Assembly: GCA_963703345.1 (NCBI GenBank)
Contig: OY969814.1
Location: 1,760,001-1,824,000 of the forward strand
DNA from: an uncultured Chloroflexia bacterium
GTDB taxonomy: Bacteria > Chloroflexota > Dehalococcoidia > DSTF01 > JALHUB01
Length of the DNA: 64,000 nt
Reading direction: 5' to 3'
Part shown: positions 50,452 to 60,265 of the stretch, piece by piece
How positions within the stretch are numbered: position 1 is the stretch's first letter
Layout: every line of letters starts with the position of its first letter
Translations under genes and position numbers: made by a program
The notes under the pieces: model-generated
What the model was told of the DNA's origin: nothing
The model's database searches: none
The model's input: only the letters and a program-made list of their open reading frames with translations

Positions 50452-50690
50452 CTTAGATGGTCAGCAAGCAAGCGCCGCCCGCGACCGGTCTTCAGTTGGC
50501 GCTCACGGCCCATCGCCTCGCCGCGGCTGGCGAAATGCTCGGAGTAGACTAGATGCCAGGGTCCCCGGCCACGCGTCCAGCCAGCCTCGTCGTTCTGATG
50601 CCGCGCCACACGGCGGTCGATCTCCGCTGTCGAGCCGACGTAGAGGCGTCCCTGCGCATTCCTAAGCACGTAGACGGAGAATCTTGTCAC
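50421..50690 (-). CDS. Small GIY-YIG nuclease (UPF0213-like)
   Basis: VYVL...LYVGST...RR..H...T....PW.LVYSE...EA..RE.QLK; 89 aa. Confidence 0.9.
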   Translation of the reverse strand: MTRFSVYVLRNAQGRLYVGSTAEIDRRVARHQNDEAGWTRGRGPWHLVYSEHFASRGEAMGRERQLKTGRGRRLLADHLSGRAGPPEAD

Positions 50691-50703
50691 GAGAGGTTGA
50701 GAT

Positions 50704-50779
50704 TGGCTCCCCGAGCAGGACTCGAACCTGCAACCTAGCGGTTAACAGCCGCCCGCTCTACCGATTGAGCTATCGGGGA
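50704..50779 (-). tRNA. tRNA-Asn (GTT)
   Basis: Intact 76-nt cloverleaf; loop CTGTTAA; 3' GCCA. Confidence 0.95.
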
Positions 50780-51092
50780 GCACCCGATATCCATCTATAT
50801 TCCGCTGGCCATCGAGCCACGTCTAGACCTAGCGGTTAATCCGCCTCCGGCGGACCCGCTCTACCGATTGAGCTATCGGGGAGCACCCGATATCCATCTA
50901 TATTCCGCTGGCCATCGAGCCACGTCTAGACCTAGCGGTTAATCCGCCTCCGGCGGACCCGCTCTACCGATTGAGCTATCGGGGAGCACCCGATATCCAT
51001 CTATATTCCGCTGGCCATCGAGCCACGTCTAGACCTAGCGGTTAATCCGCCTCCGGCGGACCCGCTCTACCGATTGAGCTATCGGGGAGCAC
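50752..51092 (-). repeat. 103-bp tandem repeat (about 3.3 copies) derived from tRNA-Asn
   Basis: Units start at 50752, 50855, 50958 and 51061 and are identical as read. Confidence 0.95.
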
Positions 51093-51107
51093 TTCGGCCC
51101 TCTGGCG

Positions 51108-51181
51108 TGGCTGCCGAGCCAGGACTCGAACCTGGACTAAGGGATCCAAAGTCCCTGGTGCTACCATTACACCACTCGGCA
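51108..51181 (-). tRNA. tRNA-Gln (TTG)
   Basis: Loop CTTTGGA; 3' GCCA. Confidence 0.94.
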
Positions 51182-51244
51182 GCGGATGAGTCTATCCGCA
51201 CATCAATGAAGGCGGGTTCTCCCGCCTTCCGCCTGATCGTGAAC

Positions 51245-51333
51245 TGGTGCCGAAGGCCGGGATCGAACCGGCACGAGGGTCGCCCCTCAACAGTTTTTGA
51301 GACTGTCGCGTCTACCTGTTCCGCCACTTCGGC
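51245..51333 (-). tRNA. tRNA-Leu (CAA)
   Basis: Loop CTCAAAA; long variable arm; 3' ACCA. Confidence 0.94.
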
Positions 51334-51335
51334 TT

Positions 51336-51410
<75 letters not shown>

Positions 51411-51464
51411 CCCCGACTCTGCCGCTGCGAACGCAAGCAGCGTCGCCCTTCACAGAGCGACCCT

Positions 51465-51493
51465 ATTATAGTCAAAGGCAGGTCGCTCGACAA
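51465..51493 (-). promoter_or_regulatory. Sigma70 promoter of the Gly-Leu-Gln-Asn tRNA operon
   Basis: Minus strand TTGTCG-17 nt-TATAAT. Confidence 0.7.
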
Positions 51494-51518
51494 GCAAGCG
51501 GCAGCCGGACACGCGCTG

Positions 51519-52295
51519 CTACCGCCCTTTGTAGACCGGCGGACGCTTCTCGGCGAAGGCCTTCGGGCCCTCCCTGCCGTCCTCAGTGGTGTGGACGAAC
51601 AGGGAGAAGAGTGACTCCAGTCGCAGGCCCTCCATGAGCGGAAGGTCGAGGCCGCGAAGGGCGGCTTCTTTGACGAGGCGGACCGCGATGGGGGCGCTCT
51701 CGTTGATGCGCTGCGCCAGCGCCATCGCTTCCGCCATCAGCTCGCCTCGCGCGACGACGTAGTTTACCAGGCCGATACGGCACGCCTCCTGGGCGTCGAT
51801 TCGCTCGCCGGTGAACATGAGCTGGAGCGCGACGCCGGCCGGGACGACGCGCGGCAAGAGCTGCGTGCCGCCGTTCCCCGGTATGATGCCGCGGGTCACC
51901 TCCGTCAGGGCAAAGGAGGCGCTGTCGGCGGCGATGCGGATGTCGCAGGCAAGCGCCAACTCGAGTCCACCTGCAAGGCAGTAGCCATTCACGGCGGCGA
52001 TGATCGGCTTCCAGAGCTCGATGTTGCGGAGAAGGGAAGCCATCGTCAGGCCGGCAGGGTCGACGCCCGGCTCGCGTTGCAGGTCGCTCATCTCCTTGAG
52101 GTCGGCGCCTGCGGAGAAAGCCTTGTCGCCGGCGCCGGTGAGGACGAGCGTGCGGGCATCCTCGTCGTCGCGGAACCGCAGGAAGGAGTCGCGAAGAGCC
52201 TCGCGCACCTCCGTGTTGATGGCGTTCATCGCCTCCGGCCGGTTGAGCGTAAGGACGACCGTGCGGCCGCGCTTCTCGTAGAGAACGACGGGCAT
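51519..52295 (-). CDS. Enoyl-CoA hydratase/isomerase
   Basis: LNRPEAMNA, AFSAGADLKE, AAVNGYCLAGGLELALACD. Confidence 0.93.
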   Translation of the reverse strand: MPVVLYEKRGRTVVLTLNRPEAMNAINTEVREALRDSFLRFRDDEDARTLVLTGAGDKAFSAGADLKEMSDLQREPGVDPAGLTMASLLRNIELWKPIIAAVNGYCLAGGLELALACDIRIAADSASFALTEVTRGIIPGNGGTQLLPRVVPAGVALQLMFTGERIDAQEACRIGLVNYVVARGELMAEAMALAQRINESAPIAVRLVKEAALRGLDLPLMEGLRLESLFSLFVHTTEDGREGPKAFAEKRPPVYKGR

Positions 52296-52364
52296 GGGCA
52301 ACCTCCTGTCGCCTGTCTGATGTCGAATCGCCGACCCTTGTTGGCGCGCTGCCTTCGCGGGTGC

Positions 52365-52937
52365 CTACCAGTTCTCGGCGAGCAGCTCGAAGTGGGCGCG
52401 GACGTGCTTGCAGGCGGGGCAGACGTCCGGCGGCTCGGTGCTCGTGTGGACGTAGCCGCAGTTGCGGCACTTCCACTGCACGGGCTGGTCCTTCTTGAAG
52501 ACCTTTCCTTCTCGCACGTTCGCGACCAGCTCGTTGTAGCGCTTCTCGTGCTGGCGCTCGGCGACGGACACGGCGCGGAAGGTCTTGGCGATCTCGGGAA
52601 AGCCCTCGTCGAGTGCGGCCTTGGAGAAAGCGGGGTACATCTCGCTGTGCTCATAGCGCTCGCCGGCGGCCGCTTCTTCCAGATTAGCCGCGGTGTCGGC
52701 GATGACGCCGGCGGGGAAGGACCACTTGACTTCGACGGCGCCGCCCTCAAGGTACTTGAAGAACTGCTTGGCGTGCTCGCGTTCGTTATCCGCCGTCTCG
52801 AGGAAGATTTCGGATATCTGCTCGAAGCCTTCCTTGCGCGCCTGCGAGGCGAAGTAGGTGTAGCGGTTCCTGGCCTGCGATTCGCCCGCGAAGGCCGTCA
52901 GCAGGTTGCGTTCCGTGTTCGAACCCTTGAGATCCAT
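52365..52937 (-). CDS. rbr: Rubrerythrin
   Basis: AFAGESQARNRY, EREHA, ERQH, CRNCG...CPAC. Confidence 0.95.
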   Translation of the reverse strand: MDLKGSNTERNLLTAFAGESQARNRYTYFASQARKEGFEQISEIFLETADNEREHAKQFFKYLEGGAVEVKWSFPAGVIADTAANLEEAAAGERYEHSEMYPAFSKAALDEGFPEIAKTFRAVSVAERQHEKRYNELVANVREGKVFKKDQPVQWKCRNCGYVHTSTEPPDVCPACKHVRAHFELLAENW

Positions 52938-53078
52938 CGCATGCTCCTTTGGAATGTCGGGCTTCCGTTGCCCGCGGCGGGCTATGGTCCCATTTTACGT
53001 GACGCGGACGCCTCAAGGCGAGCAATCGGACACGGCGGGCGAGGTTGGCGCTCAGCCGCGAAGATCAGGAGACCTGAT

Positions 53079-54185
53079 TTAGCGCGTGTATCGCTCTCTT
53101 GTGGCCGCCTGGCTCTTTGATCGAAGAGACGGCTGAGTAATGAGGCGCTCTCCGCTGATTGACTCGACGATCCGCTCGTAGACTTCAAGGTAGCCGTCGA
53201 CCATGACCGGGACGTCGAAGCGTTCTTCGACGTAGCTTCGGCAGCGCCTGGGGTCGATGTCGCCGATGTGCCGCACTGCCTCCGCCATTCCATCGACGTC
53301 GTCGACCAGGAAGCCGGTCTCGCCGTCCGCAACGATTTCGGGCGCGGCCCCGCGAGCAAAGGCGATGACGGGCGTGCCGCAGGCCATTGCCTCTGGCATT
53401 ACCAGGCCGAACGGCTCTTCCCAACTGATCGGCGCCAGAAGGCAGCGGGCCCTGGCATACAACACTCGCTTCTCCTCGGCGTTGGCTTCGCCGAAGAACC
53501 GCACGAGCCTGCCGTCGATCTGAGGTTCTATCATCGCCTCAAAGTACGCCCGATCAACCGCGTCGACTTTGCCCGCAATAACAAGCGGCATAGAGAGACG
53601 GCGCGCCACTTCGATGGCGAGATGTGTTCCCTTTTCCGGCGAGACGCGGGCCAGGCAGAGTAGGAAGTCCTCCTTGTCCGGGCGGAACGGGTACGTTTGG
53701 ACGTCGATGGCGTTGTGGACTACCCCGGCAAATTGCGCGCTTGGGAAACCGACGAAGCGCTTCGCCTGCGACCAACTGATCGTGTTGTAGAAGCCGTGGT
53801 AGCGCTCCCAAACGAAGCGGCTGTCCGGCGTCAGGTTGCCATGGGTCGTCGTTAGCATGGGTACATCTATGAGGCCGGTGAAGGCCATCAGGATCTCGCC
53901 CGTGTGGTTGTGGACGATGTCGAAGTCCTGGGCATCGCGCAACGCCTCAGCGGCGTGCACCAGCTCGTAAGGAAGAGGATTCTCGATTCCTGTCGCGGTC
54001 CTTAAGCTGCGCGGGTAGACCGAACGCAGCCGCGCCAGGGTGATGGAGTCGCCGGAGGCGCGGAGTACTACGTCATGTCCCCGCCGGACCAGGCCATCCG
54101 CCAGCAAACCCACGATAGCCTCGGTGCCGCCATAGGCTGGGGGCGGGACTCGTTCCGCGAGCGGTGCAACTTGCAGGATTCTCAT
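53079..54185 (-). CDS. Glycosyltransferase family 4
   Basis: VPPPAYGGTE, EEPFGLVMPEAMACGTPV. Confidence 0.92.
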   Translation of the reverse strand: MRILQVAPLAERVPPPAYGGTEAIVGLLADGLVRRGHDVVLRASGDSITLARLRSVYPRSLRTATGIENPLPYELVHAAEALRDAQDFDIVHNHTGEILMAFTGLIDVPMLTTTHGNLTPDSRFVWERYHGFYNTISWSQAKRFVGFPSAQFAGVVHNAIDVQTYPFRPDKEDFLLCLARVSPEKGTHLAIEVARRLSMPLVIAGKVDAVDRAYFEAMIEPQIDGRLVRFFGEANAEEKRVLYARARCLLAPISWEEPFGLVMPEAMACGTPVIAFARGAAPEIVADGETGFLVDDVDGMAEAVRHIGDIDPRRCRSYVEERFDVPVMVDGYLEVYERIVESISGERLITQPSLRSKSQAATRERYTR

Positions 54186-54331
54186 GTCTTTCTCTGTTTC
54201 TTCCCTCAATTCAAGTATACCCTTCCCCGGTCGCCCGAAGGCTACAGTCGTGTTAAGGAGGGGTTAAATTCAGGGGGCTGCTTGGGGCGAAAGAGTAACG
54301 ACAGGGTCCGGGCTGTGCTGGGGCTACAGGC

Positions 54332-54407
54332 TGGTGCCGAGGGGCGGAATTGAACCGCCGACACCATCATTTTCAGTGATGTGCTCTACCAACTGAGCTA
54401 CCTCGGC
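54332..54407 (-). tRNA. tRNA-Phe (GAA)
   Basis: Loop CTGAAAA; 3' ACCA. Confidence 0.95.
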
Positions 54408-54533
54408 ACCGGTTCGACGACAAGGGGCGACGACCGCGGCCGCATGATACGCCAGCCCGATCGCCGGAGTCTATTCAAGCATGCGCGGGGACAGCTGTCA
54501 ACGCCGAAGCGCCGCCGACGCGCTTCCGGTGCC

Positions 54534-55979
54534 TCAGTACCCGACCGAGGCGGGCCCCGGAGGCGGATTCTGCTGTAGAACTAGCGGCGAGCGTGGTGAC
54601 TGCGAGAAGTCGAACTCCTTGAGCAGGTCACCCATGTCCGGTGTTTGATCCCGGGTGCCGGGACGCGGGTCCCACCTGCCGTCGCTCTCACGGTCCATCC
54701 GCCAACTCTTCATGAACAGGTCCTCTATCAGCTTGGCGTAGGCATCGAAGCTGAGCATCTGATTGTCGATAAAGCCTTGCTTGGCGTAGGGGCTTATCAT
54801 CAGCCCGGGGACGCGCAGACCATAGCCGTTGGCATCGACCGTCGGCGGAACGTAGTGGTCATAGAAGCCTCCCCAGTTGCTCCAGGAGATAAAGATTGCC
54901 GTGCTGTCCCAGTCCGGCCCCTGCATTAAGGCGTTGACGAGGCCGGTGACGTACGCCTGGCCGTCGCTAACGAGGGCAGGCGGCTGCTCACTGCTCTGAC
55001 GGTCTGGAGCGACCCAGGACACCGCCGGCAGCTTGCCGTCCCTGGCAGCCTGATAGAAGTTGTCAACCGTTTGTATGTTCCCCATCTGCCCATCTCTCTG
55101 GACAGTCGTAAACCAGGGGAGCGGGTTCCAGACGCCGGGCGTACCGGTGGTCGGTGGTTTGGGGATGCAGACGAGCGGATTGTTCACACAATCGGGCTCG
55201 GTACCATTGGCTACGTAGTAGGCCCAGCTCACGTTCCCGCGGTACAGCAGGTAGGTGAGGTCGGTCCAGGCATAGTTCGGGATCTTCACCGCGCCCTGGG
55301 AGTCGGCCCGCTTAGCGGTCTCGAAATCAGGCGGCAAATCGATCGACCGGAGAGCAGTGACGCAACTTGTGGGATCATTCCTGTGGCTGCATTGGGCGGC
55401 CCATTCCGAGACCAGGTAAAGATGTGCGGCCAGACTGGAGGAGGCAGCCGGTTCGAACATGTGGTCCTGAAGGACGAACTGCTGGGCGTACGTCCAATAG
55501 TTAGGGATCTCGCGGGCGTCGTGATAGCCCATCACGTCCGGTTGACCGTTGTTTGCGCTGCAGTTCGGGTCGTCGGGGAGAGAAGCGCAATCAGCGGTGC
55601 GGCTCGCCAGCTCCTGGCTGATGAAGCCGTCCATCTTGCCACCGTTGATGTCGGCGGCGGCGGCGGCTTCGCTCTGCGGACCGCCCATGTTCTTGTCCTG
55701 TGAGTCGTGATAAGGCTTCTGGCACTGGTTCGTGCGCGGGTCGGGAACGCAGACCGTGGGGACGCCGTTCTGCATCGGAATGCCGTCTGCGGCGGGGAAA
55801 GTGCCAAAATAGGAATCAAAGGAGCGATTCTCCTGCATTATCACGACGACGTGCTTAATCTTGGCACGTGCCGTGTCGAGCAGGGACGGGGCGGCAGTGG
55901 GAAGGACCGGGCCGTTGGAGGTGCAGGCGCCGCTGAGCAGAGCTAAGATAGCCAGAGTAAGAAGGTGTGTTTTCCGCAT
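54534..55979 (-). CDS. Phospholipase C / AcpA phosphoesterase-family lipoprotein
   Basis: Lipobox SGAC; IKHVVVIMQENRSFDSYFG, GGFYDH, GLRVP..ISPYAK. Confidence 0.88.
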   Translation of the reverse strand: MRKTHLLTLAILALLSGACTSNGPVLPTAAPSLLDTARAKIKHVVVIMQENRSFDSYFGTFPAADGIPMQNGVPTVCVPDPRTNQCQKPYHDSQDKNMGGPQSEAAAAADINGGKMDGFISQELASRTADCASLPDDPNCSANNGQPDVMGYHDAREIPNYWTYAQQFVLQDHMFEPAASSSLAAHLYLVSEWAAQCSHRNDPTSCVTALRSIDLPPDFETAKRADSQGAVKIPNYAWTDLTYLLYRGNVSWAYYVANGTEPDCVNNPLVCIPKPPTTGTPGVWNPLPWFTTVQRDGQMGNIQTVDNFYQAARDGKLPAVSWVAPDRQSSEQPPALVSDGQAYVTGLVNALMQGPDWDSTAIFISWSNWGGFYDHYVPPTVDANGYGLRVPGLMISPYAKQGFIDNQMLSFDAYAKLIEDLFMKSWRMDRESDGRWDPRPGTRDQTPDMGDLLKEFDFSQSPRSPLVLQQNPPPGPASVGY

Positions 55980-56123
55980 TTCCGCCCCCATGCTGATTCC
56001 GCCCGTCCCGGGTCGGTCTGCGTCCACACCTCAGGCTACTCAACATAGCGCCTGCGAGTGTGACGGTCAACATGGAGACCACGTCTCGCAGGCGCTGTTT
56101 TCGAACGGAAAAGCGGCTGCTTG

Positions 56124-56939
56124 CTACAACGGCTGTTCGGCCAGGCCGACTTTGCCCAGCATCGCGCCGCCGTCGATGAGAATCTCGGCGCCGGTGGCGT
56201 AGCTGGAAGCGTCGGAAGCCAAATAGATCGCGGCGCCGACGATCTCGTCAACGTTGCCGATGCGGCCCATTGGGGTCAGCTTGGCCATCGCATCCTTCGC
56301 GGCCTTCGCCTCTTCCGGCGGCAGGTTGAACCAGTGGGAGTCCATCATCTTCGTCGTGATGGCGCCGGGGGCGATGGCGTTGACCTGGATGTTGAAGGAG
56401 GCAAGCTCCATGGCGAAGCTCTTCGTGATCATGCGCACGCCGGCTTTGGAGATGCTGTAGACGCTGACGAAGGGCTCCGGCTTGAAGGCGTCGATGGAGG
56501 CGATGTTGACTATCTTGCCGCCGCCTTGCTCCTTCATGAGACGGGCCACGGCCTGGCTGGTGAAATAGACGCCCTTCAGGTTCAGGTTCATGATCGTGTC
56601 CCAAAGGCGCTCATCCGTGTCGAGGACGCTGGCCATGGCTGGGCTGGCGCCGGCGTTGTTGACGAGGATATCGATGCGACCAAAACGCTCTTTGACGGTC
56701 TCCACCATCCGATTGATCTCTTCCATCTTGCCGAGGTGCGACTGGACGACCAGCGCCTCGCCGCCGAAGGCAGCTATCTCGGCAGCGGTCGCGTTGAGGT
56801 CGTCGACCTTGCGGCTGGTGAGCGCCACTTTCGCGCCGGCCCTGGCGAAGCCGACGGCGATTCCTTTGCCGATGCCACGACTGGCGCCGGTAACAATGGC
56901 TGTCTTCCCCTCAAGTGAGAACCGCGAAAGCTCAAACAT
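56124..56939 (-). CDS. Short-chain dehydrogenase/reductase
   Basis: TGASRGIG, NNAG, YSISK. Confidence 0.93.
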   Translation of the reverse strand: MFELSRFSLEGKTAIVTGASRGIGKGIAVGFARAGAKVALTSRKVDDLNATAAEIAAFGGEALVVQSHLGKMEEINRMVETVKERFGRIDILVNNAGASPAMASVLDTDERLWDTIMNLNLKGVYFTSQAVARLMKEQGGGKIVNIASIDAFKPEPFVSVYSISKAGVRMITKSFAMELASFNIQVNAIAPGAITTKMMDSHWFNLPPEEAKAAKDAMAKLTPMGRIGNVDEIVGAAIYLASDASSYATGAEILIDGGAMLGKVGLAEQPL

Positions 56940-56977
56940 CGGTCCGTCCTTTCCCGTTTCTGGAATTCATGCCGCTC

Positions 56978-58714
56978 TCAGTCAATTGCGCTCAGTCTCA
57001 TCCGCTTGGCCTTTGCCGCGAACTCAGCGATGTTGCGGCTGATGACGAGCTTGTTGAACTTGCCGACGCTCGTCTTCGGGATGTCGCTGGTGATGAGAAC
57101 GAAGTCCGGGAGCATCCAGCGAGTGATCTTGCCCTTGTCCACGCCTTCCGCCAGGAGGTGGCGGATGACGTCCTCTTCCGTCTCCGTCGCGCCAGGAACG
57201 AAAGTTACCAGAGCCATCGGCCGCTGGCCCCACTTGTCGTCGGGCACGCCAACGATGGCGGCCTCGAGGATGAAGTCGGCCGAGGCGACGATGTTCTCCA
57301 GGAGCACCGTTGGCACCATCTCCGAGCCGCTGCGGATGATGTCGGAGATGCGGTCGGCGATCGTTATGTAGCCTTCCGGGTCCACTTTGGCGACGTCGCC
57401 GGTATGGAACCAGCCGTCGCGCCAGACTTCCGCGGTTCGCTCCGGGTCCTTGTAGTACTTGTCCATGACCCAGGGACCCCTGAGGACGATTTCGCCAATG
57501 GCGGCGTCGTCATGGGGCACGGGCCGCATGTTCTCGTCGACAACCTGCGCCTCGATTCCCGGGACGGCGATGCCGGTCTTGACGGCAAGCTTTTCGCGCT
57601 CTTCTTTCGGGAGGTCGGCGTCGTTCTTCTTGATGAAGGCCATTATGCTGACGGGCGCCGTCTCGGTCATGCCGTAGCCGGAGGCGGCGCGGAAGCCGGG
57701 CAGGAGCTTTTCTGCCTTGTTCTTGAGACCGAGCGAGAGAGCGGCCCCGCCGACAGCGCACGTCTTCAGGCTGGTCAGATCGTATTTCGTAAGGTCCGGG
57801 TACTCGATGAGCATTGCGAGCATCGTGGGCACAAGCGCGGTCATGCTGACCTTCTCGTTCTGGACGAGCTCGCAGAAGCCCTCCACGGTGAACGCGCCGG
57901 GCAGCACGATCCGTGTGCTGGCGAACACCGCCATGTAAGGGGCACCCCAGCCGTGGATGTGGAACATCGGGATGTTCATCAGCGTAACGCCCGCCTCGCC
58001 GAGCAACTCACGTTCCGGGTCGTTGTTGAGGACGCCGGTTGTCACGAGATGCAGGGTCATGAGGTAGAGCGCCCGGTGGGTGAACATCACGCCCTTGGGA
58101 AGACCGGTCGTGCCCGTTGTGTAGCAAAGCGTGGCGTACGTGTCTTCATGCAGCAGCGGCCAGGCGAAGTCGTCCGTCGCCTGCGCGATCAAATCTTCGT
58201 AGCTGTAGAGGTTCTCGATCTTCGACGGCGGTATGCCGGGCCCGTCGGAGATGCAGACGAACTTCTCGACGCAGCCCTTGATGCGGTCGTAGATCTGCTC
58301 GACCAGCGGCAGGAATATGTCGTCGAAGAACAGGACTCTGTCTTCGGCGTGAGTGATCGTGTAGACCATGTGGTCGAGCGAGAGTCGCATGTTGATCGGA
58401 TGGAGGACGGCGCCGTAGCAGGAGACGCCGTAGTACAGCTCGAGGTGGGCGTTGTGATTGAGGGCGATGGTCGCGACTCTGTCGCCGGGCTCGCCGGGCT
58501 TGCCGGGGCGGACGCCGAGAGTCTCAAGGGCGTTGGCCAGTCAACAGGTGCGCCGGTACCACTCCAGCCAGGTGAAGCGATAGGTCTGGCCGGTCCGGAA
58601 GCTGCGATAGACGACGCCGATATCGTCCGGGTAGAGGTTGATGGGCCTGTTCATGAGATTCGTGAGCAAGAGGGGATAGTTTACGCTGTATTCGGGATGG
58701 GGTGCGGTGTCCAT
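56978..58714 (-). pseudogene. Long-chain fatty-acid--CoA ligase with an in-frame TGA at 58541-58543
   Basis: YTTGTTGLPKGV, GYGMTET, WFHTGD; the N-terminal ORF is in the same frame (YRRTC*LANALE). Confidence 0.85.
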
Positions 58715-59077
58715 GGTTCTCTCCCTCGACAGGTCGGCGTGATTCCAGTGCCCGCCGGCGTTCCAAGTCCGGCAGGCGTGACATCGACAACGCCCTTCGT
58801 CGTGTCGATTGTCGCTTCCGGCGGGCTTGACGGCAAGTGGCGCGCTCGCCGGGGGAGCGGCGTGATGTCGGCGCGATGCGTCCGCCTGGGGCGGGTCCGC
58901 CTCGGCGGACGCAACCAGAACGCGATCAACGCACGCCGCCCCTGCCGATCGAACAAGCCATGGATCGGAGTCGCCGCAAACAGGTGACACGATGTCGCCC
59001 ACCGTATATTCTTAGGGAAGACTGGGAAGGAACCGGCCATACTTCCCGCTCTATTCTCCTGACGAAGAGGTGGACAA

Positions 59078-60145
59078 ATGCGCATTGCTGTACTCACAGG
59101 CGGCGGCGACTGCCCCGGTCTCAACGCCGCCATTCGCGCCGTGGCCCAGCGGGGCTGGACGATGGAAGACGAAGTGTGGGGTATCCACAATGGCTGGGCG
59201 GGGCTGCTGGGCGAGGGAGAGATGCACCGCCTGATACCCATGGAGGTGAGAGACATCTTGCACGAAAGCGGGACGATGCTCGGCACCTCTCGCACCAACC
59301 CGGGGCGCAGCGCGGCGGACATGGCGACGGTCGTGGAGAACCTGCGACGTCATAGCATCGATGGCCTCGTGGCGATAGGAGGCGACGACACCCTTAGCGT
59401 CGCCGCAAAGCTGAACGATGCCGGGGTCAAGGTCGTCGGCATACCGAAGACTATCGACAACGACGTGCCGGAGACTGACTTCTGCATCGGCTTCGACACG
59501 GCGACGGGCGTCATTGCCGACGGCCTGGACCGGCTGCTCTCCACCGCCAAGTCGCACGGGCGCATCATGGTGATGGAGGTGATGGGCCGCGACACCGGCT
59601 GGCTGGCGATCGTCGGCGGCATGGCGGGCGGCGCCGACTTCATAGCCATCCCGGAGGTGCCGCTCGAAATCGACTACGTCGTCAACCACGCTCGCCATCG
59701 CATGGAGACGCACCACTTCAGCGTCATGGTCGTCGCTGAGGGGACTCAACTCCAGGGGTTGGACCTTCCGGTCGGAGAAGTCAACGTCTCGGACCAGTTC
59801 GGCCACGTCCGCCTCGTCGAAAGGGGGATCGGCCAGCACGTCGCGGATGAGATCGAGCGGCGAACGGGAATCGACACGCGCGTTACCGTCCTCGGCCACC
59901 TGCAGCGCGGCGGCACTCCGTCTGTGCACGACCGCTACTACTCGACGCTGCTGGGCTCCGCCGCCGTCGATTTCTTGCACCGCGACCTCGCCGGGAACAT
60001 GACGGCGCTGAAGGGCCAGGCCATCGTGCCCGTGCCGCTGGCCTCGATAGCCGGCAAGACGCGCTTCGTTCCGCCCGAGCTCTACGAGATGGGCCAACGG
60101 TTTTTTCGCACCATAGCCGTCCTCGAGAGCATGCCCGATAGATAG
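59078..60145 (+). CDS. pfkA: 6-phosphofructokinase (PfkA family)
   Basis: TGGGDCPGLN, GGDDT, PKTIDND, EVMGR, LGHLQRGG. Confidence 0.93.
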   Translation: MRIAVLTGGGDCPGLNAAIRAVAQRGWTMEDEVWGIHNGWAGLLGEGEMHRLIPMEVRDILHESGTMLGTSRTNPGRSAADMATVVENLRRHSIDGLVAIGGDDTLSVAAKLNDAGVKVVGIPKTIDNDVPETDFCIGFDTATGVIADGLDRLLSTAKSHGRIMVMEVMGRDTGWLAIVGGMAGGADFIAIPEVPLEIDYVVNHARHRMETHHFSVMVVAEGTQLQGLDLPVGEVNVSDQFGHVRLVERGIGQHVADEIERRTGIDTRVTVLGHLQRGGTPSVHDRYYSTLLGSAAVDFLHRDLAGNMTALKGQAIVPVPLASIAGKTRFVPPELYEMGQRFFRTIAVLESMPDR

Positions 60146-60265
60146 GAACGGCGGGCAAACCCGAACGGTCAGGACCGCTGCCCGGCCTGTCGCCACAACC
60201 ACGTGAGCGGGCCCCTCAGCCAGAGCTCCTCCGCATTCAGCCAGAACGGCGAGGGGCGGCAAGCG

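Noticed and set aside
50383-50779. Group I intron with a homing endonuclease splitting tRNA-Asn
   Set aside because: The tRNA at 50704-50779 is uninterrupted, and there is no room for a ribozyme core around the 270-bp ORF.
50807-51089. Additional functional tRNA-Asn genes
   Set aside because: The anticodon arm is disrupted, and there is no canonical T-arm, 3' acceptor strand or CCA.
50752-51092. CRISPR array
   Set aside because: Whole 103-bp units are identical with no variable spacers, they are tRNA-derived, and no cas genes are present.
56915-58987. 690-aa plus-strand ORF
   Set aside because: Antisense shadow of the acyl-CoA ligase.
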